NCBI GenBank assembly: GCA_038087875.1
Contig: CM075977.1
Coordinates: forward strand, 124,558,001-124,622,000
From: Malacoraja senta
Lineage: Eukaryota
Reading direction: 5' to 3'
Length of the DNA stretch: 64,000 bases
The notes beneath the pieces were generated by a model. The model did no database searches. It saw only the letters and a list, made by a program, of their open reading frames with translations, and was not told where the DNA came from. Within the stretch, counting starts at the first letter, position 1; the number at the start of each line of letters is the position of its first letter. Positions 39,381-53,704 of the stretch are shown one piece after another. A program made the position numbers and the translations under genes.

Positions 39381-42300
39381 TAGATCTTATCCATTGAATT
39401 AAGCTTTATACATTTATGTGATAAGCTTTTTTAGCCAACTTCCTTATTCTACTAAATTCACCAATGGTGGTGGACTCATCTGCAGCACTGATACCAATGT
39501 CCAAATGAACTCTTAGCTTTAAAAAGCAGGAAGGATCTGGATAAAATTAAGTGATGGATTAGCAAGAAAGATAAACAGAAGAGATTCTTTTCACACATTA
39601 ACCCACTGGGATGATGTTGGGTGACCTAACAACTGTTAATTAGCACAGTCAAGGGAACTGGTAACTACTCCTACATCAACTAAAATGAAAAGTAATAAAT
39701 ATAATTGATAGACACTAACAAAAAAGTGAGAACTTAAATGTTATCTGCTCAAGTATCAGCTTGCTATTAATGATGTCGGACACCAGGGCAAGTCCTAAAT
39801 ATTGATAACCTCATGGTTCAGAATGCGAGGAATAAGGTTTCCAGGCATCCATGGATTTCACATTTAATATCCATAACAGCGCACTCTCAAAATGCAGCCG
39901 CTAAGGATTTTTAACTGTAAACAGTGGATGTTTATGTAATTTTTTTATGTGGTTACATGTTTTGTTGCTTTTTCGGTATGACGGTATGGCAAATAAAAAT
40001 TTTCATATGATTTACATACTTGTTTCTTTTTCATACCTGGCTAATAAAATCAATTGCAATTATAATTATATCAGACCTTAATTACACTACAAATCTCTAT
40101 TCTGAAAGTATTCAATACATGGTATAAGTATAAGTACTAAAGAATTAGTTAATGAATATCAGAACCGTAGATAAACAAATTAGAATTTTTAATAAATGTT
40201 TGCTCTCTCCACCACCAAACAAAAATTAACTTGAATTTTGCTAAAATGGTGAATTGACAGCATTCATTGCTGAACACTAGCTAATGATTTTATTTTTGTG
40301 ACATCAGAAGTTAGCTGCAAGGAAACTTCAGATTTCAACAATAGTTATGTCAAGTCAGCCGAGCAGAAAGCAAGCTTGGTCGCAAAACCACTCGTTTTTC
40401 AAACACCTGACAAATGTTTTGAAGACCAAAATGAAGATTGGGCCATGCACAAGATTACATTAGAAGCTAAAATAATCACACAAACATTTGAATTAAAAAC
40501 AATATTTTAAATAGCAGGGAAATCTGAAATAATTCTGAAGTAATAATGCATTTGAATAATTGTTTTTTGCAAGGGCTGGAGAGTTAATAATTAAAGCTTA
40601 AGTAAAACATTATGAACTGAGTACCTATATATTATTTCTTTAAACAGTGAAAATAGCTCAAACTTTGGCAAAATCACCGATTTTGGATTACTGCCATTGT
40701 GGCTGCAACACATTGCACCTAGGTGAAATTTCTTCATTTCCATATTTCGATGAGAATATTGTACTTTAAAAGTTGCTGTCAGATTTCCTTCATTAGAACA
40801 TTGGGCATCAATTCTCACCTCAAATTGTCAACCTTTTTTTCCCCCATTAGTTTTCTTTTAACTCAAGCAAGTGAAGTTAGGATCTGGTAGTGTGTAAAAT
40901 TCAAATAAAAACCACAGGGGGAAATCCTGAGATGAGAATGTTGCCCCTCATGAGCAGTCAAATAAATTAGATCAACATTCTTTGCCGTTTAAGGGTATGT
41001 GGCTAATTTTATTCAGACATATATGATCCTTAGGAGACAAGATAGAAATGACTCCACCAGTGGGAGAAACTCAAACAAAAGTACATAGTTACAAAATTAG
41101 GGAGCTCCCATGTATAAATAAGACGCATAGGTATTTCTTCTTGCAGAACGGTGGATCTCTGGAACTCTATATCCAAGAGTGTTGTGGAGGTTAGAACATT
41201 GGAGGTATTTAGAGAAAATACAGATTTATTTATCTAACAGCAGGGAATTGAGGGCTACGGGGAATTGGCACAGAAGAGGGAATAATGCCAGAGGCATATC
41301 TGCCGTGATCAATTTAAATGATGGGACAGACTTGGAGTCATGAGGTCCACTTGCATTTATTTTTTTATGTTTTCATGAAGTTGATAATTATGTTCCTTAC
41401 CCCATTCCTACACTTTGACAATTGTAGTATACCCATTAATCATAGGCCTTGTCACATCACCCCTCCTGCCTGAAACATATCAGGGCGATTTATACCAAAT
41501 TTGCCCAGCAACTTAAAACACAAATGAGATGGCTTACATATTAAATATATTTTGCTTATACTACAGGAGCCAAATTAATCCAAAGTTGTATAAATCAATT
41601 ACTCCTCTGAAAAAGATTAGGACATTACTGAAGCAATTAAAGGGTATACCACAATTACCAAAGCGCAGGAAGCATACTTAATTATGTAGCAGATCTCCCT
41701 CAAAATCGTTGAAGACCTATTAAGGCAGCATAAACCTGTAAAGTACAATATCCATCACTTGCATTGAGGCAATGCTCATGAAGGTTAAGGTGTTGCCTTG
41801 GAGGAGTGCATTGGCTATTAAACATTTTTTTTTTAGTCTTTTGGAGAATTTGTCAAATTCATGGAAACTTCACTGAATATTAAAACTCTTTTAAAATATC
41901 CTGACAACTTTATGGAGAAAAAAAATTAGACAAAAACATTGTTTATTCATTTCACTACAATCACAAGAAAATTGGAGGCTACCTTTGTTGCAAGGTAGTT
42001 ACTACCTATGAAATTTCTCTTTCGCAAGGAAGAGTGAGTTGGAAAGGAAAGGGAACAAATATGCAAAAAAATCAGTGCCTTGTTATTTAAAAATAAATTT
42101 AGCTTCAATTATTTTCTTCAGGGAATAGAAAAGAAAAATCACATTTGCCAAAACTGTCTCCTAAACAATTGCTTATCAATCTCATGAAAAAATGAATCAG
42201 CGATATAAATCAAACACTAAATGGCAGAAAATCTATTTTGATGACTTTTCTATCTAATTTGAGCAAAATAATATTCTAAATGAACGTTGAAATTAACACT

Positions 42301-42598
42301 ATAACGGAAATGGCTACTAAAAGTTACTGATTTGACATGCTTGCAAAAGGCAATACCAAAAATGGCAAATCATTTTTCTTTCAAAATAAATTATCCTATT
42401 TGAATCAATGACTCAGAAATGTTGCTTTGTATACATGCATCATTATAAGATATGGCAGATAGAATTAAGCTTTAAATCTAATGGCTATACATCTAAACAT
42501 TTGTGCCTTATTCTTTCACAAACTGTTGAAAGCTGAAATCTACTTAAACCTTCATAGACAGCACGTATTATATTTGAAACACAACAACACACATAAAC

Positions 42599-42791
42599 CA
42601 TTATCTTTTGAAACAGTGTTTAGCTCCATTCCTTCCCATTGCTGTTCACTTTCTTTTAAATGTTTCCATGGCTTGGCAATAGAGGGTCGAAAGCTAACAT
42701 AAGCATGCCTTCTCCCATATCTTCTCCCAGTGACAGTCTGATAACCTCCTGCTGGTCTCGGCCAGGCTGCTTTTCCAGATTCTTGACCCAT
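42599..42791 (-). CDS. PJA2: Praja-2 E3 ubiquitin ligase, first recognisable coding exon (exon 42599-42793; ATG at 42791)
   Basis: Translates MGQESGKAAWPRPAGGYQTVTGRRYGRRHAYVSFRP, the conserved praja N-terminal motif. Acceptor tttgtag at 42794-42795; donor G|GTTTAT after 42599 (phase 1, matches next exon). An upstream short coding exon may exist. Confidence 0.9.
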
Positions 42792-43671
42792 CACTACAAA
42801 CAAAAATAAAACAATTAGTCCATACTACTCATTCAAAATTATATAACATTTCAGTCTCTTTCCTTTGTGACAAAACAACAATGTCTTGCTCAGATGTCCT
42901 GCAAATTAATAAAGGAAGACACACAATGGGCGTATTTTATATTACAGAAATAAGAGAAGTAAAGGCAACATCTACGTCACAGCCTTTGAGGCAAGTAAGT
43001 TGATCCTTACAGAATTCACAAATAACAACCCAACATTTTGAGATACAGAATAAAATATGCTCTCACTGAATTTATGTGGAATAAAAGTAAATAAATAAAC
43101 ATCTATTTTATTTCAATTTGTGTTTATGGATACACATGAATATTGATGCACAGGTTGACATAGTTTAGGGTTACTTGGGGGGGGGGGGTGGAGGAGGAAA
43201 AAAAAATCACAATGTGGACTAGGCTGTGGGCCGAGGTGCTTTTTCGTTTAAGTTCGTGACCAAATCACGTAACTACCTGAATTTTTACCATATTGTGTAA
43301 AAATATTATAGAAATCATGCCTGAAACTCGTCAAGAACAAAACTCGTACATATTTTTAAAATATGAAAAAACCCTCCAATTTTCCAAGTAGCAATTGTGC
43401 AATCAATGCTCGTTTGACATTGTGTTGGACGGCAATTGACCAATCACGCGCTTTGTTTCATGGTAGCTAGGCAGCGAGCACTCTGGGATCATGGCTGCCT
43501 CCTATTTACATCAAAACAATAGCAAGGTTTCGAAGGAATAAAGGTAATGCTAACCTTGCTGATAATTTTGTTTTACAATTGATTTATCTTTATAAAGTTA
43601 TGATGTGAATAGTTAAATAAAAATGATAAATAAAAATGTAGATCTAGGGTTAGGATTAGGGTCAGACAGAA

Positions 43672-44100
43672 GTCGGTCAGTCGGGCTGTCGGTAGGCCGG
43701 TGGATGCTGTGAAGGGTCGGTCGGGGTGTCGGGCCGCCGGTGAGTGCTGTGAAGGATCGGTTGGGCTGTCAGCCTGCCGGTGAGTGCTATGATGGATCGG
43801 TCAGGCTGTCAGGCCGCCGGTGAGAGCTGTGATGGATCGGTCAGGCTGTCAGGCCGCCGGTGAGTGCTGTGATGGATCGGTCGGGCTGTCAGCACGCCGT
43901 TGTTGCTGCGAAGGATCGGTCGGGCTTCCGGTGAGTGCTGCGAAGGATCGGTCGGGGTGTCGGACGCCGGTGAGTGCTGCAAGAGGTCGGTCGGGCTGTC
44001 GGGCTGCCAGTGAGTGCTGCGAAGGATCGGTTGGGCTGTCGGGCCACTGATGGATGCTGCGAGGGGTCAGTCGGGCTGTCGAACGGCCAGTGTTGCAGCG
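43672..44100. repeat. ~40-bp GC-rich minisatellite, about 10 copies
   Basis: Unit similar to gaaggatcggtcgggctgtcgggccgccggtgagtgctgt. Confidence 0.9.
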
Positions 44101-44469
44101 AATGAGCGGGCGGACTGACGGAGCCGGTGCTCGGGGGGGTGCGGAAGGCAGCCCGGGTGGTGTGCTCCCCACCATCATCACCATGATGATCTAGAAGGGC
44201 ATGCTGGCCAAGTTGGACGCGCTGAGCGGCCACACGTACGGAGCCCGCAGCCAGTCCCAAAGCGGCTCCAGCTATGGGCAGTTCTGGAAGGGGGGGCGAG
44301 TTAGGCTTAGGGTTAGGCACTTTCCTCTCAGTGGAAGATGCCTTAGCCTTCCCCCAGCCTGGCACTACCCCAGCCCCACTACTGCTGTGACCCCCACTGC
44401 AAACTGGCAGTCAATGGGGTTCAGTAAACAGGGGAATCCACAGGAACTGCCCTGTTATAATATATGGCA

Positions 44470-45047
44470 TAATAAAGTCAAAAAGGCAGAACAGAGGATG
44501 TACTTCCTGCGGCAGCTGAGGATGCACAATCTGCCACAGGCAATGATGGTCCAATTCTATATGGTCATTGTAGAGTCTGTCATCACCTTCTCCATCATGG
44601 TCTGGTTTGGCTCAGCCACCAAGCACGACATCCAGTGGCTGCAGCAAATCTTCCGATCAGCTGAGAAGGTTATTGGCTGCAACCTTCCCTCCATTGACGA
44701 ACTGTACACAGCAAGGGCCAGGAAGCGAGCGGGTAAGATCATCTCTGACCCCTCTCACCCTGACCACAAACTCTTTGAATCACTTCCCACTGGAAGGAGA
44801 CTCCGACTGTCAAAACATAAAAACTGCATTTTTCCACGAGTAGTAGCTCTACTCAATAACCAAAAATCTGTAGCCTCCTTTGGCTCTGGTATTTTATTTA
44901 ATTCACATGTTTAATCAATAATGTTTTATTATTAATGTTTTATGTATCATTCCTAACTGTCACTGTATGTCATGTTACTTGCAGGTGGAGCACCAAGGCA
45001 GATTCCTTGTGTGTGAATACTTGGCCAATAAACGTATTCATTCATTC
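44470..45047 (+). mobile_element. Rex1/Babar 3' fragment
   Basis: KKAEQRMYFLRQL...ESVITFSIMVWFG; (attc)n tail. Confidence 0.85.
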
Positions 45048-45517
45048 ATATATGGTTTGGACAGACAGCAGCACGGAATTAGGCTTCCCATGGAGTAATA
45101 TGAGCATTGAACACGAGATGGAGCTTAATTTTTCGATCTCATTTTCTAATTAGCTTAATTAATTAATGTGCAACTTTTGGCACTGACGAGTTATGACTTC
45201 CTTCTCAATAATATTTTATCTAAATCTGTGCCAAATTGCAAGTAGATCCCAGAGATGGGTCACGAAAGTCAAATTCTAGACACATTTTCAATGCTCGGCC
45301 CACAGCCTAGACTGTTTTTAAGGAATACAACTCCGCATCCCCCATAATTGAGGGGCATCTGTATGTACAAATTTGGAACAGAATAAAGAAAGAATTTTTG
45401 CTTTTACAAGGAGATTAAGTGCAACAAACAAAAGGCCAAATGTAATGTGAGGCTTTTAGAAAAAAAAGTAACAGCAAGTTTACCACATTTTCATTACGAA
45501 TGTATGACCTTCCCAGG

Positions 45518-45659
45518 TGTAATGTATTCATGCATATTCATGTATATGTTAATGAGTGGGTGTTCAATATAAGCAGGGAATGTTGGGTAATAAATCTCTC
45601 TCGTGATCCAGGCAACCAGCGTGTAAGTTGTTATTCATTCTGCCGTTCGGAATATAACA
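45518..45659 (+). repeat. 5' LTR of the Gypsy element
   Basis: tgtaatgtattcatgc...ggaatataaca, repeated at 50424. Confidence 0.9.
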
Positions 45660-47620
45660 AAATTAGCGACGAGGATGGGATAGAGTTTGTGAACTCATCC
45701 TTTAAATACAGTGCAGGACTGTTTTGCAACACGCAGTATTGTTTAACATTTTAAACAGTAAAAACGGAGTTGTGTCGCAGTTGTTTGCGAGCTGGACACG
45801 ATAGGCCGCAGATCCTTCTATGCAGGGGACTGTAGTTTTAAACAGCAGCTGGACAAATCGTCAAGAGTTTGTCAAGCTATCTCTATGTTGTGTCTACGTG
45901 ACAAGATTCCGTCCTTGGGATTGTATAAGATTTTTTTAAATTGAGTTCCTCGAGCTGAATAGCCTTTGTACAGCTAAGTTCTAGGTGAATTGTTACACCA
46001 GAACAGACAGGAAATTGGGGTTTTTGAACGGACTTTAAAAAAACCCAAATAGAACGGCACGATGGCAGCGTCCACGGGCTACATCGGAATCCTTGGCACT
46101 TTTGACAAGAGTAGAGAGCCGTTCCTATATGGAGAGAGCGAACATGTTTTTCACGGCAAACAACATAATGGAGATTAGTGGTGAAGGAGAGATAGTAATT
46201 GAAACAAATAAGGTCATTTGCGAACGCATGAAAGCGATTCTGCTCACGAAGATCAGTCCTGAAGTGTATGGCACACTCGTGATTCTCCTTGCACCCATAA
46301 AGGCAAAAGATGTGCCATTCAATGACATTATGAAGAAGTTGGAGGAGCATTTCAACCCAAAGCCTCTGGAAATAGCATAAAGATATAAATTTGGCACTAG
46401 AAACCAGAAGCAGAATGAGACAATCAATGAGTACATGGTTGCCTTGAAAAACTTAAGTTTACACTGTAACTTTGGAACCTTTCTCAGACGCGCACTACAC
46501 GACAGATTTGTTTGTGTTCTAGTGGATGAACGAATTCAGTCCAAACTCAAGAACACTCCAGATCTTACATTCGAGAAAGCATGCAAGATTGCTACCACAA
46601 TGGAGATGGCATCAAGGAATGCACGCGAGCTTCGTCCACCACGGACTGCAGTGGCCGTTTAGTCACAAGGCAGTGCCTATGGCCAAACCAAGAGGCGCTA
46701 AAGCAAAACCAAAGTACGGCGGGGAGCCGAATTCAGCCAGTTGTTATCATTGCAACGGTAATCACTCATCCTAATTTTGTCAGTTCAAAATGGCCAAGTG
46801 CTATAACTGCCAGAAGAAAGGCCATATTGCCTCAGCATGTCAGGCCAAGCTTAAAACAGGAAACCAACAATCTGCGGGCATCAAGTGACAACACCAGAGA
46901 GGAGTTCACAACTTGGAGGTGAACCCAGATGGAAATGAACTTGGGTTGTACACCATTTATGCAACCAACATCGGTAAGCCTTCAACCAGCCAAGGCAAGG
47001 ACTTTCGAACTAAACTGTTGATTAATGAATAGTTAATTGATATGTGTATTGACACGGCAGCAGATTGTTCAGTCATGAGCAAAGACCTGTATGAAACAAA
47101 GTTCCTACAGATATCATTGTTTGAGAGTAAGGTCAAACTGAGAACCTACTCAGACGAAGTTTTGGAGACATGTGGACAAATGAACTGTAAAGTTCAGCAT
47201 AATGGTCAGTCAGTAAAACTGCCCATCATAGTGGCCAGCTACAGAAATAAACCAACCCTCCTTGGAAAGAATTGGCTGAGTAGAATAGAATTAGACTGGA
47301 AGAACATTTTCAGCATCAATTTGTCCAAATCACGTCTTGAAAACTTCATAAGCAAACATGCAAACATTTTTGCTGATAGTTACATGGGAATAACAGGGTA
47401 CTCTGCACACATTCGACTTAAGCAAGATGTGAGACCTGTGTATTGTCGATCAAGGCCTGTACCATATGCACTAAATCAACAAGTTGAGGAAGAACTCGAA
47501 AAGTCAGAGCGGAATGGAGTACTCGTGACGACAGACCAGAGTAACTGGGCAACGCCAATTGTGGCCGTACCCAAGGCCGACAAAAGTGTTCGACTATGTG
47601 GTAACTACAAAGTCACAATC

Positions 47621-47774
47621 AAGAGCTCTAGGGGTTAGTGGAATCAAGGGATATGGGGAGAAGGCAGGCACGGGTTATTGATTGGGGACGATCAGCCATA
47701 ATCACAATGAATGGCGGTGCTGGCTCGAAGGGCCGATTGGCCTCCTCCTGCACCTATTTTCTATGTTTCTATGT
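47621..47774 (+). mobile_element. CR1 3' end nested in the Gypsy RT region
   Basis: CR1 3'UTR with ttctatgt tail interrupts the ...YKVTI/NQA... sequence. Confidence 0.85.
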
Positions 47775-50423
47775 AACCAAGCCGTTGATGACGAACAATA
47801 TCCGTTACCAACCTTGCAGAACTTAGCGGAGCAAGAGTCTTCACTAAACTGGATTTGTCTCATGCTTACGCCTAACTCAATGTCGACAAGGAAAGTCAAC
47901 GATACTTGACTATCAACACACATAAGGGCTTGTATTCATATACAAAGCTGCCCTATGGTGTGAAATCCTCCTCGAAAATTTTCCAGTCTGTCATGGACAA
48001 AATGTTACAAGGCATTCCGCACTGTGAGTACAACAAGGATGACCTACTGATATTCACAGAGGGCATGGTAGAACATCTGGAAATCCTTGAGCAAGTTCTT
48101 ACACGACTGAACTGCCACAATGTCAAACTGCGACAAAGTAAATGTACATTTGCGCAGTCAGAGGTGGTCTACCTTGAACTCAAAGTAGACGCCAACAGAC
48201 TTCACCCTGTGGAGGCGAAAGTTGAAGCAATAGTGAATGCTCCAAAACCAAACAATGTGTCAGAGCTACGATCATTCCTTGAGATGGTGCAGTTCTATGC
48301 ACGATTCCTTCCAGATTTAGCAACTGTGCTAAAGCCACTACATCATCTGCTACAAAAAGATGTGAAATGGGTGTGGGGAAAAGAACGTGCATATGACATC
48401 TGCAAGGTAAACGTGACAAGTGACAAACTCCTTGTTCACTACGATACAACAAGCGAGACGAAACTTGCTTGTGATGCTTCAAGTTATGGTGTAGGTGCAG
48501 TGATCTCCCACGTAATGAATGACGGACAGGAAAAGCCTATTGCTTTTGCATCCCGCACCCTATCACCGAGTGAATGTAATTATGCACAGATTGAAAAGGA
48601 AGCATTCAGCATCGTGTTCGGAATCAAGAAATTCCATCAGTCTCTTCTCGGCAGACCATTCACCCTAGTGACTGATCACAAGCCACTACTAGTGATGGCT
48701 TGGTCCCAAGTCAGCTATACCGTCCATGGCGGCATCAAGGATGCAGCGCTGGGCAATTTTGCTGTCCCAATATGACTACAAGGTGGAGTACAGAAGCTCC
48801 AAGTGCAACACAGTTGCAGATGCGTTGTCTCGGTTGCCCCATGAGAACTGACGTAGGAAGTGAGAACTCAATCTACATACTGCAAATTGTAGATGAAGAC
48901 TTTCCAGTGACTGCAACAGAAATTGCAGCAGAAACAGAGAAAGTCACTGTGCTGAAGTGGGTCTATGAACGGACATTGAATGGTTGGACTGAAATCGATA
49001 GTGGATTGAACTCAGTTCTGAACTCAGAGCTGAAGCCTTTCCATAATCAACGTCATGAATTATCATGTGAGCAGGGATGCATTAAGTAGGGTTACAGAGT
49101 GGTTGTACCAATCTTTGAGTAACAAAATTATGAATGAACTTCATGCCGAACATCCTTGCAGAGTAAGCATGAAGTCAATTGCCAGAAGTTTTGTGTATTG
49201 GCCTGGTATTGACAGTGACATCGAGTCACTGGTGAGCAAATGTAGTGTCTGCCAAAATTGCCGGAGTAAACCACCAAAATCACCACTGCAACCCTGGTCA
49301 TGGCCAAGTAGACCTTTTCAGAGAGTCCATGTCGATTTTTGCAAAAAGGGTAATGATCACTTTCTGGTACTAGTAGATAGTCATTTCAAATGGATTGAGG
49401 TTAAGCATATGGGATCAAGTACCATATACGAGTTGAGATCCATTTTTGCATGCTATGGTTTACCAGAAGAAAGTTTTTCTGATAACGGGCCTCAGTTTCG
49501 TTCAGAACGGTTCAAAAAGTTAATACACCGGAATGGTGTAAAGCACACACTTGTTCCCCCATACCATCCAGCCTCCAACGGGGTGGCGGAAAGGTCTGCT
49601 AGAGTTGTCAAAGATGCTTTCAAGAAACAGGTTTTGCAGGGTAGTTCACAGCTCAGCATGAAGCATTGTTTGGCTAGTTTCTTGCTGAAGTACAGAACCA
49701 CACAACACACAACGGGTTACTCACCTGCAGAACTGTTGATGAAGAGGCTAAGAATACGCCTGTCTAGTTCAACCCAATTTGGCCTTGAGAATTGAACAAA
49801 AACAGTTGTCAAAAACACCATTTTGACTCCCACAAAAAGGAGAGGTACTTCAAGCCAGATGAGCAGGTTCGTGTTCTCAGTCCTCCCAACAAGTCCAGTT
49901 GAGACAAATGGCATGTTGGGAAAATAGTGGAAGTGTGTGGAGCAAAAAAATACTTAGTTGAAGTTGGAGATAACATCAAAAGTGTGTCTGTTGATCAAAT
50001 GATTCCAGCCAAAGATGAACCAAAAACTGAGCATGAAATCCTAATCCCCGAGTTTTTATCTGAAAGTGAGTTGGAAGAGACCACCATGATTGAAACACAA
50101 AGTTCAGTTAGTTCAGACAAAGAAACAGATTCCTCTGGTCAAAGTCAGGGTACTAAATCAGAGCCAAACAAACCAACAGTTGAGTCAACACCTAAACCTG
50201 TTACACCTGTTACTGTTAGATGATCAGGCAGGATCCGTAAACCAGCAGTCAGATTAGGTTTATAAATTAAGTAACTCACTGTATAAGTAAAATGAAAATG
50301 TGTAATTATGTAAAATAAATCATTAAGATTTCATTTAAGATTTCATAAATACTGGTTTAAATCAAGTATCACAACAAAATTGTAACTGAGTACTTAGATT
50401 TAATACTAAAAAAAGGAGAGCAG

Positions 50424-50558
50424 TGTAATGTATTCATGCATATTCATGTATATGTTAATGAGTTGGTGTTGTTTGCAAGCAGGGTAATAAATCTCTCTCT
50501 CATGATCCAGGCAACCAGCGTGTCAGTTGTTATTCATTCTGCCATCCGGAGTATAACA
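50424..50558 (+). repeat. 3' LTR of the Gypsy element
   Basis: Follows the PPT; tgtaatgtattcatgc...ggagtataaca. Confidence 0.9.
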
Positions 50559-51914
50559 CTAGGGCTTCACTTTATCGTCTCAAACAAAGAAAGTGATTTA
50601 TATTTAAATAATAGGTTATGTCATATGATCTCTTAATGTGCTATTAGTCACTTAAAATGTAAAATACAGAGCCATGGTGATAATTTTCGACTTCCCATCT
50701 GGGTTGCAGACTGGCTGACTGAATTACCCAATTAGATTGACACCTGAATGTCCATTTCAACAAATATTATCCAATGTCATTCTGATGGCCTCTACAAACA
50801 CAATAAAAGCAATCTGGATGAATCAGGCACGAACAAACATCATAAATCTATGCCAATTCTAACTAAAATGTTCATGTATTTAATGTTGACACCGTTCTAA
50901 CTCTGTTGACAGATTCGTAACTTCACATTTGAAACCAATAAGCCCGTGTTAAATAACACAGGTGGCATTTGCAATACAAAAAAATGGCATCATATCTGCA
51001 CCTAGAGTTTAATTTTGAAGAAGAGGTGATGGTAAAACAAAAAAAGTTGAAGGAAACAAAAGCTTGAGTTAGATATACATTAATCTGCGATGTACGCAGA
51101 TCAAATTGTTTTTCAGTGTATTTAGAATTCACTGGCTGGACCTCAAATTCTAAGAAGTTAACTTTAGAAAGGAGGTACTCAGCTTGCAGAAGGTGCAGGG
51201 AAGACTTATCAGAATTATGTCAGGACAAAATAATTCAGCTATCTTGAGAAATTGGGTCGAGTGAGGTAATTCTCATCAGAGATACATTTCATGAGGTGCT
51301 TTAAAGCAAAGTAGCAAAAGGACCCAAGTGAGCACTTTTGTTTGGGATATTGACAAGCAATGACGAGAATCCAAATGCACTGCCTGAAAAGGTAGGACTA
51401 AAACCGAGGCAATGGCAGGAATAGATAATTTGGTTCCTCACAATATGATGTAATGCACTGTACTGTTAACCAAGCTGCACTTGCGTGTTCTAACCTCTTA
51501 AATCTTAATTATTTTTACATGCATAAATTTAAATTAAGCAGCTTTCAAAACGCATATAAAAATTGGAGGACTTTTGGGAAAGGCAAGGATATGACTAAAT
51601 CGACAGTTCTTAAAATGGTTGCACAGAACTAGGCTTCTTTCAGTGCCTCAAGTCATCACATGTAATTTTTTTGCATCAGGTCTTTTTGATTCCTTCCATC
51701 TGAAGTATGAGTACATACTCAATTACCAGTTTTTACAAATCATAAAGTCAACAAATTATTTTCCTCAGCTTTGTTCCCTGGTGTTAACATAAGAAACGGA
51801 AGCAGTAGGCCGTTCACTTCTCTGTGTCTGTTCTATCATTTAATAAGATAAGATTTTACTAGATTTTACTTCAGCCCCAGTAAATAGGTTTCCATTAAAT
51901 TATCTCTCATTTAT

Positions 51915-52797
51915 TGCAAAGAGTAGGAGTGAACGGGTCCTTTTCAGAATGGCAGGCAGTGGCGAGTGGCATGCCGCACGGCTCGGTGTTGGGTCCGCAA
52001 CTGTTTACCATATATATTAATGATTTGCAAGAGGGAATTAGGAGCAACACTAGCAAGTTTGCGGATGACACAAAGCTGGGTGCCAGTGTGAACTGTGAAG
52101 AGGATGTTAGGAGGTTGCAGGGTGACCTGGACAGGTTGAGTGAGTGGGCAGATGCGTGGCGGATGCAGTATAATATAGATAAATGTGAGGTTATCCACTT
52201 TGGCGGCAAAAACAAGGGGGCAGATTATTATCTCAATGGGGTTAGGTTAGGTAAGGGGTAGGTGCAGCGAGACCTGGGTGTCCTTGTACACCAGTCACTG
52301 AATGTTGGCGTGCAGGTACAGCAGGCAGTAAAGAAAGCTAATGGAATGTTGGCCTTCATAACAAGAGGATTTCAGTATAGGAGTAAAGAGGTTCTGCAGT
52401 TGTATAGGGCTCTGGTGAGACCACATCTGGAGTATTGTGTACAGTTTTGGTCTCCAAATTTAGGGAAGGACATCCTTGTTGTTGAGGCAGTGCAGCGTAG
52501 GTTCACGAGATTGATCCCTGGGATGGCGGGACTGTCATATGAGGAAAGATTGAAAAGACTAGGCTTGTATTCACTGGAGTTTAGAAGGATGAGGGGGCAG
52601 TGGATGCCAAATCACTGGATGGATTTAAGAGAGAGTTAGATAGAGCTCTCGGGGCTAGTGGAATCAAGGGATATGGGGAGAAGGCAGGCACGGGTTATTG
52701 ATTGGGGACGATCAGCCATGATCACAATGAATGGCGGTGCTGGCTCGAAGGGCCGAATGGCCTCCTCCTGCACCTATTTTCTATGTTTCTATCTATG
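51915..52797 (+). mobile_element. CR1 RT 3' part with internal deletion
   Basis: GMPHGSVLGP, KFADDTK; 3'UTR tail. Confidence 0.9.
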
Positions 52798-53704
52798 TTT
52801 CATTCTCCCAAACTCAAGAGTACCAACTAGGTCTGCTTAATTATTCCTAACATCGAGAAAACAACATTCCAAGAATCAATTTGGTGATTAAATAAGAAAC
52901 TGTGGATGCTGGGTCTTACAGAAGACACAAATTGCTGGAGTAACTCAGCGGGTCAGGCAGCAATTTGGTAAACCATGGTCATACTCCCTCTATCACATGT
53001 CTACTCATCCTAAGATTGGGGGAACCAGGAATAAACCATAGTTTGGACAACTGGAGTTTAATTCACAAAGGAAAATATAGTGGCATAATAAAAGGATTCC
53101 GAAACCTGTGCTAGACTTGAAGAGCTCACTGCCAAGTAACTTCTATTGTTGTTTTATATTGTTTTACCAGAATGTTGCCCGAAATAGAGAGCTGTAGTAA
53201 AAAGGAAAGGTTAGATAGTCTGTATTTATCCTCACCAAACATAGGAGACTGTCGGGTGACCAAAGAGGTTTATAAAATTATGAATGGCGTAGATAGGACA
53301 TACCCTGGGCAGGGGAGTTTAGAACTGGAGGGCACAGGTTTAAAGTGAGAGGGGATATTGAAAGGAGATCTGAGGAACAATTTTTTTCCCCCACACAAAG
53401 GATGATGGCTATCTGGAATGAGTGGAGGTGGTAAAACCAGATAACTGGTGTTAGTTTACTGTCACACGTTCCAAAATATAGTGAAAACCTTTGATTTGCG
53501 TGCCATCCAGGCACATATCATACATGCGTGCATTTATACCATTCATGAGTACAGCAGGAGGTGCAAAAGAGAAAATAAACAGCGCTGAAATCAACTACTG
53601 AGAAAGTGCAGATAAAAATATCTTCAAGTGCCGCAACAAGGTAGAATGCAAGATCAGGAATACATCCTGAGCAAATGACAGTTGGGGTCTGTTGCAGGTG
53701 TGGG

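Larger units (their letters stand above)
43220..45309. mobile_element. TIR element carrying a minisatellite and a Rex fragment
   Basis: TIRs taggctgtgggccgag / ctcggcccacagccta; flanking gac/gac. Confidence 0.65.
45518..50558 (+). mobile_element. Full-length degenerate Gypsy/Ty3 LTR retrotransposon
   Basis: TG..CA LTRs at 45518-45659 and 50424-50558; PBS-like ttagcgacgagg; PPT aaaaaaaggagagcag; TSD ccagg/ctagg. gag with CCHC knuckles (~46060-46850), protease IDTAA (~47050), RT and RNase H (LACDASSYGVGAV), integrase (RVHVDF, SDNGPQF). Many stops and frameshifts. Confidence 0.93.

Noticed and set aside
43646-44318. Interstitial telomere
   Set aside because: Only 2-3 degenerate TTAGGG units inside a transposon.
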